DNA of 64,000 nt from Hydrolagus colliei (Eukaryota): assembly GCA_035084275.1 (NCBI GenBank), contig CM068745.1:58652001-58716000 (forward strand), written 5' to 3'. Numbering within the stretch: the first letter of the stretch is position 1; the number at the start of each line of letters is the position of its first letter. Both the position numbers and the translations under genes were made by a program. The notes under the pieces are model-generated. The model made no database searches, had not been told where the DNA came from, and saw nothing but the letters and a program-made list of their open reading frames with translations. Positions 37,966 to 50,166 of this stretch are shown one piece after another.

Positions 37966-38456
37966 GTAAGTGTGTTTCTAAAATGGTAGTTTCGGTAATA
38001 AAACATGCATTTTGTTCTCTTCTTAAGCATTTTACAATAGGCGATTGGGAACATATCTAAGAAACAAAGGCAAATCTCTTGAATAGTGAAGCCTAAACAT
38101 AGTTTACAATTTGTGGTTCAATTTTACATTGATTACCAAGGTTGTTCTCAGTGGTATGTCTCACCATGTGCATACACTGGGCTGGCAAATTTAACAAATT
38201 AACAAATTTAACAAAGTGACTATTTCTGCTCGGTATATTTTCATAAGGCTTTACTATTCCCATGTGGACTGGCAAAACTAGTTTGTGGAAACATCATATT
38301 TCTGCCAATCTGCTGTGACCAACCATGCTGACCAACCCTTCCATGCTGAAGCAAAAAATGCAAGATTTCCTGCTCAAAAGAAGAGCTTCGATTTCTCTAA
38401 AGTCTAAGAGTAAAAACTACTCAAATGAATCTTTGCATCTATTAAGTATTGATACA

Positions 38457-38930
38457 ATCATAGAATTTTACGGCACAAAAGGATGCCATTCGGCCCATCT
38501 AGTCTGTGCCAGCTCTTTGAAAAGAGCAACTCAATCCGACTGCCCAGCTTTCTCCCCATAACCTAACCTTTCTCCCTAAATAAAGATCTAATTCTTTGTT
38601 AAAAGCTGTTATCATAGAATCATAGAATGTTACGGCACAGAATGAAGCCATTCGGCCCATCGAGTCTGTGCCGGCTCTTTGACCGAGCAAGTCACTTTCA
38701 TTAACCCCAGTCACCAGCTTTCTCCCCATAATCCTGCAAACCCGTCTCGCCCAGATACCTATCTAGTTCTCTCTTAAAAGCTGCTATCGAATCGGACCTC
38801 ACTACCCTTTCAGGCAGATCATACCAAATTTGAATAACTCGCTGAGTAATTTTTTTTTTCTAACCTCCCCTCTGCTTCTTTTGGTAGATATCTTAAGACT
38901 GTGACCATGGGTCACAGACACACCTACCAC
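38457..38930 (-). mobile_element. Two adjacent CR1 3' ends in ARGLU1 intron 3
   Basis: ATCATAGAATTTTACGGCACA...GCCATTCGGCCCATC at 38457 and ATCATAGAATCATAGAATGTTACGGCACAG... at 38611 are the reverse complement of the CR1 (ATTCTATG)n tail. Confidence 0.8.
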
Positions 38931-40014
38931 CTTATCTGTGTACAATTTATGCACAATCTATCCAAGTTGTCTTTGCTACTGCTGTAATAACATTTCTTGT
39001 CTCGTTAAAAATAGGGTTTGCTTAAGTAGCATTAGCCAGAAATTTATGCGTAGTTCAAGAAGTCTACCTAATCTATTCTCTACATCACCATTTCATGTAA
39101 AGGAATTGGCATGTAAAAGAATTGGCATTGCTGATGAAGGTTACAGGAAGATTTGTCCTGTAATTTACAGCAACAACTTGTATTTATATAATGCCCTTCA
39201 TGCAGGATAGCGTTTCAGACCGTTGGTTTAGTCACTAGGTGGGTACAGCTCTTAACAGGCATGTTTTAAAAATGTGATCCAAGCTCACAGGCAACTTGCC
39301 AGGCTTCCATACCAACCCTCTTGGCTCACAATCTCTTCATTCTTAAAATAAAATAGTTTTTATCTTAAATGAGAATTCACCTTGGTAGCTAAACATCCCT
39401 GAATAGATCAGGGTTGAAAATGCTCCCATTTGAGTGCAGAGTAGAGATAGCTTATTAGCCTTAATGCCTCTACCAACCTCGCCATCCTTGCTCAATACAA
39501 CAACAATAAAAATAAACTTGCATAGCGCCTTTCACGTCAGGAGGACGTCCCAAGGCACTGGATACATTCTATCTATTCTTACAAGAAATCATTATCTCCA
39601 ATGCTGTCAGATTCTTGAACAAGAAAGAACAGAGAACAGATGTTCCCTTCATTTTTAGGCTCTCTGCTGGAATACGGTTGACTAGCTTTTGAACAAGATG
39701 TGTCAAGCTGTTCCCTCAATTCTTCAATGCTGCACTTTTGCTTGACATTGCCTAGATGGGCTCTTGGTATTGATATGCTATTGAGCTATATTAAGATAGT
39801 GAGACCTGCAGCTCTCCCCATACTTAAATGATATTTTTTTCACGGTGCTGGAACTTCAGGGATTTATTATTGGTGAATCCTGTTATATTTCACACTGGAT
39901 CAGTCACTCAGTCACCGTGTTTTTGCACAAAGTAAAATACTATAATGCTGTCACTGTTTAGTTTTATAATCATAAAAGCAAAATACTTTCTGATTCAGGT
40001 GAGATGACAGATAG

Positions 40015-40155
40015 TAGTGTCCGGCGATATGGAATTTTTCCGATATCGATATATCGGTGGGCTCATATCGATATATACCGACATATCGATACCACCAGGT
40101 TTTTTTTATCCTGTATATGATATGCGCATTCGGGTGTGCGCGCGAAGTCGGGTGA
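40015..40155 (+). mobile_element. Left end of hAT-type MITE (same family as 43640-44368)
   Basis: TAGTGTCCGGCGATATGGAA...ATATCGAT subterminal repeats nearly match 43640-43720; no right TIR seen. Confidence 0.75.
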
Positions 40156-40758
40156 TGTCTACTAAAAAAAGCTTACGTTCTCCAAAAGTCCTCTGCTACT
40201 CTTCCAAATTAATAGATATTGAGTTCTGGGTTTCTTTGAAGGTTCATGAAACCATTATTCAATAGCAGGTGCCATTCTTGATTTTATAGAAATGACCATG
40301 GTTATATTTCTCAGTTTGTTCAAAACTTTCAAAATGACACATAGTCCACATATTAAAAGTATTTAAGGAATAGGTATAGTGGATCAGCTATTGGTGCAAC
40401 ATGGAGATCTGCTCACAATATTTTTATATCCACCTGACATAACATTGTTTTTAATATACTCCATTCTTCCTATATTGGTATATTTGACTGTTTCAGACAA
40501 TACATCCCAAATAGATTCAATTTGTTGTTCCCTCAATTCTTCAATGCTGTGCATTTCTGTAATAGATTGAGCATTCAACTTTAGATCAGGTTAATTTTGG
40601 AAGCGACAATTGTCCTAGAATCAGACACGCCCATATTTTCAGTTCACCATTTGAAGAACACCCAGCATCACTTGACTAACTCCTTTTAGATTGGATCTGA
40701 ATGTTGCTTGTGCTTTTCATGTATGTGGTAGTTTACGTTTAACCATTGTAATTTACAG

Positions 40759-40926
40759 GCTGAGGAGCAATTGAAAATAGTTGAAGAGCAAAGAAAAATC
40801 CATGAAGAAAGGATGAAGCTAGAGCAAGAACGACAGCGTCAACAAAAGGAAGAACAAAAACTGATCCTGGGCAAGGGGAAGTCCAGGCCAAAGCTGTCCT
40901 TCTCATTGAAAAGCTCTGTTGGATAA
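40759..40926 (+). CDS. ARGLU1: ARGLU1 coding exon 4 with stop codon
   Basis: Acceptor TTTACAG|GCT; [55 protein letters not shown]; the four exons total 840 nt, giving 279 aa in frame. Confidence 0.97.
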   Translation, partial: AEEQLKIVEEQRKIHEERMKLEQERQRQQKEEQKLILGKGKSRPKLSFSLKSSVG

Positions 40927-41659
40927 CTTTGTGCTTGTATTCGTTTTCTCTTTTTTTTTTTACCTTGTAGCTTCATGTTGAAGTGTTTTTGGGAAAGAAC
41001 AACAAAGTTAGAATGGTCAGATGTGGGCTGTGCTCTACAACATTTCTTAACAGAACAAGAAATGTGATTTTAAAAGTGAACTTCAAACATCCTGGTTATC
41101 AATACAATGGAACCCTGTATAGAGCATCTCTGATTTGTGAACTTAAACATTCTCCTAAGCAAAAATCAGTTTTCTTAATAAATTAACGGAAATAATAATA
41201 GATTGGCATGAAAAGATTACTGGGATCTTCATAGAGATGATCTAAAGATGGGTTCCGCTGTAGTTATCTTTAGCAAAACCCAATGTGATGTAAATGTTTA
41301 GTAGTATTGGGATGATGTAGTTATATCAACTGTAAATGAAACAATTTACTAACGGTGCCCATTTTAAAAAAGTTGTGTTTAAAGTTTGATCTGTAATCAA
41401 ATTGGTCGCCCCCAAAAAACTGAAGTAAATGTGCAGTCTGTTCTGATGTGTTAACAAATACAATGCTATTGTCGACAGAATGGCTCCAAACATTCACAGG
41501 TAAGGGAAAATTTAACCCACGGATTTTGGGAAGGTGGTGGGGGGAAATTACTGTTTAGGATTTGCAGTACATATTACCTCTTCAAGTTCTAATTTTGTTT
41601 TCATCCAGCACACGTTAACCTGCTTTTTTCCCCATAATGTAAATGTACAAACTTCACAA

Positions 41660-41665
41660 AATAAA
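41660..41665 (+). terminator. ARGLU1: Probable ARGLU1 polyadenylation signal
   Basis: AATAAA preceded by two TGTA elements and followed by GT-rich GTGACTGTGTGTTT; alternative AATAAA at 41712 and 43204. Confidence 0.5.
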
Positions 41666-43639
41666 ATACGGTCTTAAACGCAATCCAAAGCTGGTGACTG
41701 TGTGTTTATTAAATAAACTTTCGGAGGTAACTTCACATGCCATGACTACTGACTGTATTGCATAACTGAGTGTAAGAAGTAAAGAATAATTGCAGGATAC
41801 TGGGAAGGGATTCTATTGAAAATATTTATAAAATAAATGGCCATGACTAAAAACAAGTGATAAAGTTGTGAGGGAGTTTAGCCAGATATCTAATTACAGT
41901 ATTTGGTGAGAATTTTACAATAATTCTTGCATTTAATATAGCGCCTTATGTCGTTGAGATGTCTCAAGAGCGCTTCACAGATTAATCTGTAGAGTGTAGT
42001 GACTATTATGCAGTGTACACTTGTAGTGTTTTCTATTAATTCCATAGTTTGGTGACTCCTGGTGATCATGGCTGCTGGAATATGATTGCAATAGTTTGTG
42101 AAGGACTTGAAAGCTGTTCTAGGTCCAGAAGGAAAAAAAAAGTGTTGTTAGAATTTCAATATGTAGCAAATATTTTGGTAGCGGTGGGAGAGATGGACTG
42201 AGCCAATTTAAAAAAATGAATGCAATGGATTAAGACCTTTAATAAGCAGCTACAATGTGTTCAATTCAACTGATGCAAGAGATTTGCATCTTTGTGCACC
42301 AGAAGATTCTTGATGGCAAGCTGCTAAATATGGAAATTGCACAAGAAGCATTACAAGTGATTTGTGTAGGTCTCACAGTTTAAACATATTTTGCATTCAA
42401 TGGTTTGCCATTGAGTATTCTGTTCAAGCACAATAGTGATATAAATGTAATTGAATTCAATCTTATATCATTTAATTTTAATCTGGCCTGCTACAAATAT
42501 GAAGAATCACTTTTAATATATTGCACATTTTAATGTGAAGCAGATCTTTATCTCTCACCAGAGTACTTCATCTGCTGTCTTAAATTCCATTAGTAGGAAG
42601 TAAACTGAATTTATTAGCAAGTATCGTTCAAACTCGTGTTTTGATAACTGGTTAAAAATTTCCAGATTCAAGCCTTTGAAGACTAGATATGAGACCTGAA
42701 TGTTATCCATGCCCAAAATATGGTATTACAACAGGATTGATTAAGTGGAACAAATTGCTTCAGTTCTTTCTCAACTTGATGAACTTCAAACTTATCTTTG
42801 TCATTTTTTATTCCAGTCAGTCACAGACAGGAAATTAGAAAGGTTTCTGACTTTAAAACACAGCTTTTGGGGGGAGCACTGCATGATGGGAATATAAGGA
42901 AGTTTGTCCTTGTACCAATGCTGTATAGGTTGCATAGGTGTTGATAACTGGATATCCAATGACATCCTTGATTAGAAGCATGGTTTAAATGTTAATATGT
43001 ATTTGCTCTGAAAAGTTGGTCTCTTGTATTGGTTGTGTGTAGCATGTGGAAATTTGTAATGCATACTAACCTTGTTCATGCCTGGCAAACTACTTGACAT
43101 TTGCTGGTATTATGTGCTTTAAAGTATTTAATCATTTTTAATGAAATTAGTTCACATTTTATTACGTTTCTTTTTAACAATGGGTCTTTGAGAGAATGCA
43201 TTGAATAAAGTTTGTGATATACCATAATACAACATTGTTATTTTATTATTCCTGAATGTTAAAATTTCAACCTGGAATGACAAATCTGAAAAATGGTCTC
43301 ACACCTGCTGCAATATGAAAGCAGTTTGTTGCAAACCTGTGTTGAGAAGTGCTTTCCGCAAGTGATAATTAACTTTACCAGTATCCTGTACTGTAATTTC
43401 TGTGTTATGGGTTTAAATGTAGAGCTGCTTACTAAAATCAGCAGAGAAGGAATGAACATAGCTATATTATGCTGTGAGAAATGACAACTTCTGGAATTAC
43501 GCCTGGAATTACAATTTCTACAATCATTTACACCATTGTGAATGTGCAGGTCGTGAATAAAGGGGTTGTAAGTAATCAAGATATACTGTGGGGGAAAGAG
43601 GAAGAAATTGGATCATAGCATACAAAATCAGTTGGATAC

Positions 43640-44368
43640 TAGGGTCCGTCGATATGGAAATTTTCCGTTTTAGATATATCGATGGACTCATATCGAGATA
43701 TACCGAAATATCGATATTTTCGGTTTTTATCGTACTGCGCATGCGTGTGCGGTGTGCACATTTGGGTGCGCGCGCTTTCGGGGTGCGCGCGCATTCCGGG
43801 TGCGCGCTCATTCAGGGCCTATCTCCTCAGGAGGTAAATATCTTTCTGTGTCTCACACTCACTCTCCATCTCAGTGTTTTTCTGTCTGTGTCTCTGTGTC
43901 TCTCTCCTCTCTCACATCCCCCCCCCCATCTCTATCTGTATATTATCACATCCATCCCGTCTCTCCCCCCGCCGCCGTCCCTCTCTCCTCCCCCCCCCCC
44001 CCCCGTCGTCTCTCTCCCCCACCCACCCCCGCAGCCGTCTCTTTCCCCCTCCCACCGCCTCTCTCTCCCCCCACCCCAGCCGTCTCTCTCCCCCTCCCCC
44101 CCCCCCCCCCCCTCCCCAGCCATCTCTCTCCCCTCACCCCTTGCACACCTGTAAATTGTATTCTAGGACTATGAATACAATATGGCGGCTTTGCACCTCG
44201 GTCTGTGCATTGTGTATAGAGATGAGCATTCTGGGTCTTGTATACGCGCATTCCGATTTTTTCCCTCGATATATTGATTTTTCGATATATCGATATTTTT
44301 GAAATGCCTATATCGGCGTATCGATATGAAAATTATATCGGGTTTTAGCGATATATCGCCGGACCCTA
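43640..44368. mobile_element. Non-autonomous hAT-type DNA transposon (MITE)
   Basis: 16-bp TIRs TAGGGTCCG[T/G]CGATAT (43640-43655, 44353-44368), 8-bp TSD TTGGATAC/TTCGATAC (43632-43639, 44369-44376), ATATCG subterminal repeats. Confidence 0.9.
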
Positions 44369-44376
44369 TTCGATAC

Positions 44377-44535
44377 TGTATCCAGTTGGGCTCCTTACTG
44401 TAGAAAGAATATCAAGTCCATAGAGCAATCAGGATATTTACTAGGATGATAATCGGATTTTATGTATGATTGGATAACATTGGGCTACTTTCTCTGTAAC
44501 GGAGAAGATTGAAAAGATGATCGAGGTTATTGCAA
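44377..44535 (+). mobile_element. Degraded CR1 ORF2 C-terminal fragment
   Basis: Remnants of FTRMI and LGLLSL..RRL..D.IEV motifs; apparently continues at ~45315-45400 after an L2 insertion. Confidence 0.55.
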
Positions 44536-44654
44536 CTGAAGAGTTGATGGACTCGCCATCAGCTCCTATCACAGCCGCATACTCTTTAGCTCCCGTGAAT
44601 GCTTGCAATGCTGCCCAATCTGTTTTTAAAATTGCACCATGTGCAATTTAGGCG

Positions 44655-45309
44655 GCCGTTTCAATCCCTAGTTATTTTTCCTTCCCCACAACCAATCCTT
44701 GGCCAATACCACTTTCCTCCACCTCTGCCACATTGACACACTTACAATACCTCACTCCACAAGCTGCCGAAACCCTTCATGCTTTCATTACCTTTCGGCT
44801 GGACTACTCAAACATCCTATTTGCAGATCTCCCCTCCACTGTTCACAAAATTCAACTCATCAAAACCTGCCAGGTGCGTTTTCACCCGCTTTCCAACCCT
44901 GATTATCCCAGTCCTTTACAAATTTAATTGGCTCCCTGTGACAGAGTGGTTCAACTTCCGAGAGTCTCACTCCAGTGTTTAAATCCCTCCATTCCTTGGC
45001 ACCTCTCTACTCACTCCTCACAGCATCATCTGCTGCCTCCACTCTACTGGCTCTAGCCTCGTCCTTTGAATCCTGCGCTCCACCATCTGCGGCCGTGCCT
45101 TCAGCCACTATGCCGCAAAGCTATGCAACTCCCTTCTTCAATCCCTTCACCTTGCCCCCTCTTTCCGCAATTTGATTGGTCCTGAAGACCTTCCTCTTCG
45201 ACTGTGCCTATGATCAACTTCCCCTCTCCATGGATCAGCTTCAGGCTCCCCCATTGTTTAGTGCTCTGGGACATCGCCTGTTGTGGTGAGTGCTGTATGC
45301 AAGTTGTTG
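44655..45309 (+). mobile_element. Degraded 5'-truncated L2
   Basis: LQYLTPQAAETLHAFITFRLDYSN, NWLPV, KTFLFD, tail GTGCTGTATGCAAGTTGTTG. Confidence 0.8.
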
Positions 45310-45564
45310 AGTAAATAATGAGAGCATAGAATTAAGGTAACCAACTAAAAGAGCAATTGGAGAGATTAGGAGAAATTTATTAACACAGGATTGTTAGGAA
45401 GGACTTGAAATTATTGTTCCTTTCCCCATTGGAAGGATATCTCAAAGTGCTTCCACAGATTTACTATAAAGTATGACTATATTGTATTTTATTGGTGAAC
45501 TTTGCCAACTAATTTGCACAAAATTATGGTTTCTGTATAATGTGACTGAATGAAGAAAATAGTA

Positions 45565-45762
45565 CAGTAAAAGCCTGTTTATCCGGCACCCGATCAACCG
45601 TAACTTCCGTATAACTGGCATCACTGGAATTTATCCGGGAAAATGCAAAGAAATTTTTGTTTGTTTGTTTTTGGTGGGGGACGTTTTCAGCCGAATATCC
45701 GGAAGGCGCTTTAACCGGCATTGGCCAGGTCCTGAGGGTGCCGGATAAACGGGCTTTTATTG
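45565..45762. mobile_element. Tc1/mariner-pogo (Tigger-like) MITE, short copy
   Basis: TIR CAGTAAAAGCC[C/T]GTTTATCCGGCACCC at both ends; TA flanks at 45563-64 and 45763-64. Confidence 0.88.
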
Positions 45763-45887
45763 TAGTTAGTAAAAATGAAGCCTGTAGTTGTGATCGGTTA
45801 CAATAATATTCCTTGCATTTGATATACCACTTTTCATATTTTCTAGACATCTAAAAGTGCTTCGCAGAATACAATGTACTGTAAATA

Positions 45888-46688
45888 ATAATAATAAGAA
45901 TCCTTGCATTTGATATAGCACTTTTCATGTCTTCTAAATGTCACAAAGCACTTCAAAGGATATACTACAGTAAAAGCCCGTTTATCTGTGACTTGATCAA
46001 CCGGAACTTCCATATAACTGTCAAAAAAAAAAGTCCCCATCCGATTAACCGGATGTTATCCAGCACAATCGCGGTGGCACATTTAATGAATCGATTGTCG
46101 CACAAGAGTACTGTACAGGTATTTTGGCTTGCTGCTAGTGGAGCCTTAAAATCGCGCTGCCATCTTTTTTCCTTGCATGGCATCCACCATTGCAGAAGTT
46201 ATTGATAAACTGTACACCTCTACCCTAGCATCATGGCTTCAAACCAGGCATCTACCAGCAAAGGTGATTTTTAGGTGAATTCATAGGTGAATAACAAAGG
46301 TCTGTTAATATTTAGTCTATTATTAATATGGTATATGTTAAAATAAGTTAATTTTTTTTGTGTTGGATCCGACCAAATATCCAGCATACTGCTTAACTGG
46401 CATTGTCCAGGTCCCGCGGGTGCCGGATAAATGGGCTGGATAAACGGGCTTTTACTGTATAAAGTGAATTAAGTGAACATTTGTGGGCAAAACGTGGCAG
46501 CCAATTGCACACAGCCGTGTCCCACAAACAGTCATGCGTTAAAATGACCAAATTATTATTGTTTTTTTGAGGAATTATTATCAGGTGTGTGGAGTAAGGA
46601 AACTTGCCCAAGGTTTTGTCCTGCCTGGAATTAAATCCAGTCTCTCATTTGCAAGGCAAGTGCTCTGCCGTTGAGCTACAGAACTCCC
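45888..46688 (-). mobile_element. tRNA-headed SINE split by a MITE insertion
   Basis: Tail at 45888-45967; body and head at 46458-46688 (...TTGCAAGGCAAGTGCTCTGCCGTTGAGCTACAGAACTCC). Confidence 0.85.
45968..46457. mobile_element. Tc1/mariner-pogo (Tigger-like) MITE, long copy
   Basis: CAGTAAAAGCCCGTTTATC ... GATAAACGGGCTTTTACTG with TA flanks (45966-67, 46458-59). Confidence 0.88.
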
Positions 46689-47121
46689 AAAATTATAAAG
46701 TGAATAACCAAATTTATCAGGGGGGGGTTGTTTGCCAGAATGCTGGAATAAGTTCCCATTGGTATGAAGAGCATTTATGAATAGATGTTTAACATCCACC
46801 TGAATAGGCAGACAGGATCTTGGTTAATGTCTTATTCTGGACAGTGCTCTTCCAGCAGTGCAAACATCTGACCCACTTGCGTGTTTGCTATCAGCTGAGC
46901 CAGTCTGACACGCTTAGCTTTAGGTTTTAAGAGGGGTGTAGATAAATATCTAAGAAATAATAAAAGTGTGTGTGGGGTGAAATGAATGAGCGAAACAGCT
47001 CTTTCAGAGATCTAGACCAATACAATGGCCCAAATAGCCTGTGCTGTACGGATATAAGTAATTTGAACAAGAAACTGATCACAACTACAGGTTTCATTTA
47101 CTAACTAATACTTTCTTAATT

Positions 47122-47405
47122 CAACAACAACAACTTGATTTATATAGCGCCCTCCACGCCAGGCGGCGTCTCAGAGCACTTCCCAATAACGGATCCCGGG
47201 GCCAAGCCAGGGTGGGGGGGGTGGGGGTGGAAGGTGACCGAAAGCGCAGGCGAAAAGAAAGGTCTTTAACTGAGACCTGAAAATAGAAAGAGAGGAGATG
47301 AGGTGAAGGAAGTTTGGAAGGGAGTTCCAGAGCCTCGGGGTGTAATTGCTGAAGGCACAGCTGCCGATGGTGCAGCAGGGGATTCGGGGGACAAGGAGGA
47401 GGCCA
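47122..47405 (-). mobile_element. L2 3' fragment
   Basis: Closely resembles the reverse complement of 9445-9716 (same subfamily 3' UTR, GGATCCCGG..CC.AGCCAGGG). Confidence 0.85.
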
Positions 47406-49212
47406 GTCACATTACACAGAAACAAACCATAATTATCCCAATGAGGGTGAATCATGTGGGAACACTATATATATACAAACTTTACGTTTCCTTGGTCAGT
47501 TGAGGTTTTCTAATAACTGCTCGAAAGTACTCAACCACTAAATTGGTTCTCAGTAATTAAGTTTTTTTTTGCAGGTTTAGTTAATATTAGCAAGTCATCC
47601 GAGCACTCAGCACACAAATTATGGTTTTAAAAAGCACTGTTGTGCGATTTGGGAAATGACCTAAAAAGACAGACGTGTTAAGCATCACAAAGACTGAATA
47701 TATCTACTGAAACAAGAAAGGCACCCAAGCTCAATATGAGAAACATCTGATGATATCAACAGAGAACAATGAGAAACCATGCAAACTATGAGAAACTGAC
47801 AGTGAAATGGCAAAGAAACAGCTGATGTGGGAAGAGAAGCTAAGAAAACACAACAAATCAACTCAAACTGTGAGAAAAATAGAAAAAGAGCCAAAGAGAG
47901 CTTAAAACCAGGAGCAATCTGCAATAACTTCCTTGTGTTCAGCATGTGAATTTTGTTTGTATCCTCAGTTACCATATACCCTATTGGAATAGGAGGTACA
48001 AAACAGAGCAGTGGGATGTGATAGGTCCTACACTTTATTAATAATTGAATGTCTTACTTTATGAAATTCAAAGCCTAATCATTAATATATTTGTGTCAAT
48101 TGCCCAAGCCTGGCTAAATTGGTACCACTGTTACACTGTTATTGGTCAGAAGGGTGTGGATTTGAGTCTCATCTCAGGACTTGGAACACACTAGCGCTCC
48201 AGTGCAGTGTTGGAGGTATGCTGCATAACTGTCCAANNNNNNNNNNNNNNNNNNNNNNNNNNNNNNNNNNNNNNNNNNNNNNNNNNNNNNNNNNNNNNNN
48301 NNNNNNNNNNNNNNNNNNNNNNNNNNNNNNNNNNNNNNNNNNNNNNNNNNNNNNNNNNNNNNNNNNNNNNNNNNNNAAAGGTATTTGCCTTTGACAGTGA
48401 CTGGAGAGATTAGGCTGAATTTCCAACTGTTGTAAGAACGGTGAGGGTGAGGGTGAGGCCAGGATAAAGGAAGGGAAGAAAAATAAAGTCTTTTAAAACA
48501 GCACAGCAGCACCACTTGAAATAATTTGGGTACTCTTCCTCGACACAAAGCCATTAATGGAGAAAATTCAATGCTGTTTTATTTCACACTTGGATTGTAA
48601 CACACAACCTTGTTTCAAAGGTGATTTATTGATTCTGAGAGACAGATGGCTTACCATGTGTTCAATGAGTGCTCTGATGTTTTATCCATTTCTTATCGAG
48701 GCGCAAAGCCATTTTATTGCATGATCTCTCCGAGTGGGTGAAAATATATTTTCTTCTAGATATTGTTGTGTTCTTATAATGGTACTGTTCAGTTGGATGG
48801 CACAAATATTATTAATTTCCTAGTCAATGATCACAATAATATATACTATTATTTTGCACATACATCCTGCAGTGATCACATCACCATCACTAAATCTTCA
48901 ATGTACTTATCATTGACAAGGCTAATGATATATTTATCATTAGTTTTCTGTGTGCAAATTATTATCAGCAGATAATTAAAACTAGTTCTGATTGAAAGCA
49001 ACCCTCTGAACTTCACAGCATTACGCTTGCACACACGTCCACACACAAATTTGTGTAAGCTATTCTGGAGTGATTTGGTACCCGTGATTTCCATGTGAAA
49101 CTATAACTCAATTGAGTTCCAATTCTATGGGTTATGTATGACATGATCAAAATATGCTGCTTGTTCATTCAGATATTAAAAAAATCTATATCCTGAAATG
49201 TGTCAAAAATCC

Positions 49213-49536
49213 GCTGACTCCCTATCAACCTCCCCGCCCCCTCTGTTCAGGGGGCTCCGGTCTGCTCCATGTCCCCAGCCCGACCCGCTCTACCATTGGT
49301 GGCCGGGCTTTCAGCTTCTATGCCTCAACCTCTGGAACACATCCCAAAGTCCCTTCGTCTCGCTTCCCCCCTTTCCTCCTTCAAGGCCGGTCTCTTCGGT
49401 CGTGCCTTCTGCTGCCCTCCCACCTCTTTCCCTCCCCTTCCCCGCACTCGAGTCCTGACACATGCCTGTTCAGCACCATGGAATGTCCTCCCGATGTGAA
49501 AGACGCTCTAGAAATGTAATTTTGTTGTTGTTGTTG
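49213..49536 (+). mobile_element. L2 3' fragment
   Basis: LTPYQPPRPLCSGGSGLLHVP...TIGGRAFS; tail GTGAAAGACGCTCTAGAAATGTAATTTTG(TTG)n. Confidence 0.85.
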
Positions 49537-49862
49537 TGTCATGTCTGATAGTCTAATGCCCATTATTATTTGGTAAACATACAGTGACTATTCCTGTAAC
49601 ATGTTATGTATTTGTGGCATTGAATGAGTAGTACTGCTTGTTAATATCTGCCTCAATACTGTACTTGTCACAATATACAACACAAAAAATTCTAAAAATT
49701 ATTTTTTTTAAAAAAAGAATACCTATACAACAGTTCAAGCTACAGTCTCATCTCAATGTCCAGATGGTAGTTATGATGTTTCTTATTTGCTTTTTCTTGA
49801 TAATTTAAGATGATCATTATTATGTTGTAGAGGACCACTGTCCAGCAATCATGTCCAGGTCA

Positions 49863-50166
49863 TAATAATAACTCTTGGTATTTGGTATTTTCACATCTTC
49901 TCGACTTCTCTAAGTGTTTCACAGAATATGCTGTAATGTAAATGGGACTGTATATTTATGGGTGACACACACAACAGACAAATGCACACAGCACTGTCCC
50001 GCAAACAGTCCTGGATTGAGTGACCAGTTTTGTTTGAGGGATTAGTATCAGGTGTGTGGAGTAAGGAAACCTGGCCCAGGTTTTGCCCTGCCAGAAATCG
50101 AACCCGTTTCTCTGACTTCTCTTGCTTGCAAAGCGAGTTCTCCAACCATTGAGCTACAGGACTCCA
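49863..50166 (-). mobile_element. Full-length tRNA-headed Deu-tail SINE
   Basis: Same head, body and tail order as 5087-5396. Confidence 0.8.
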
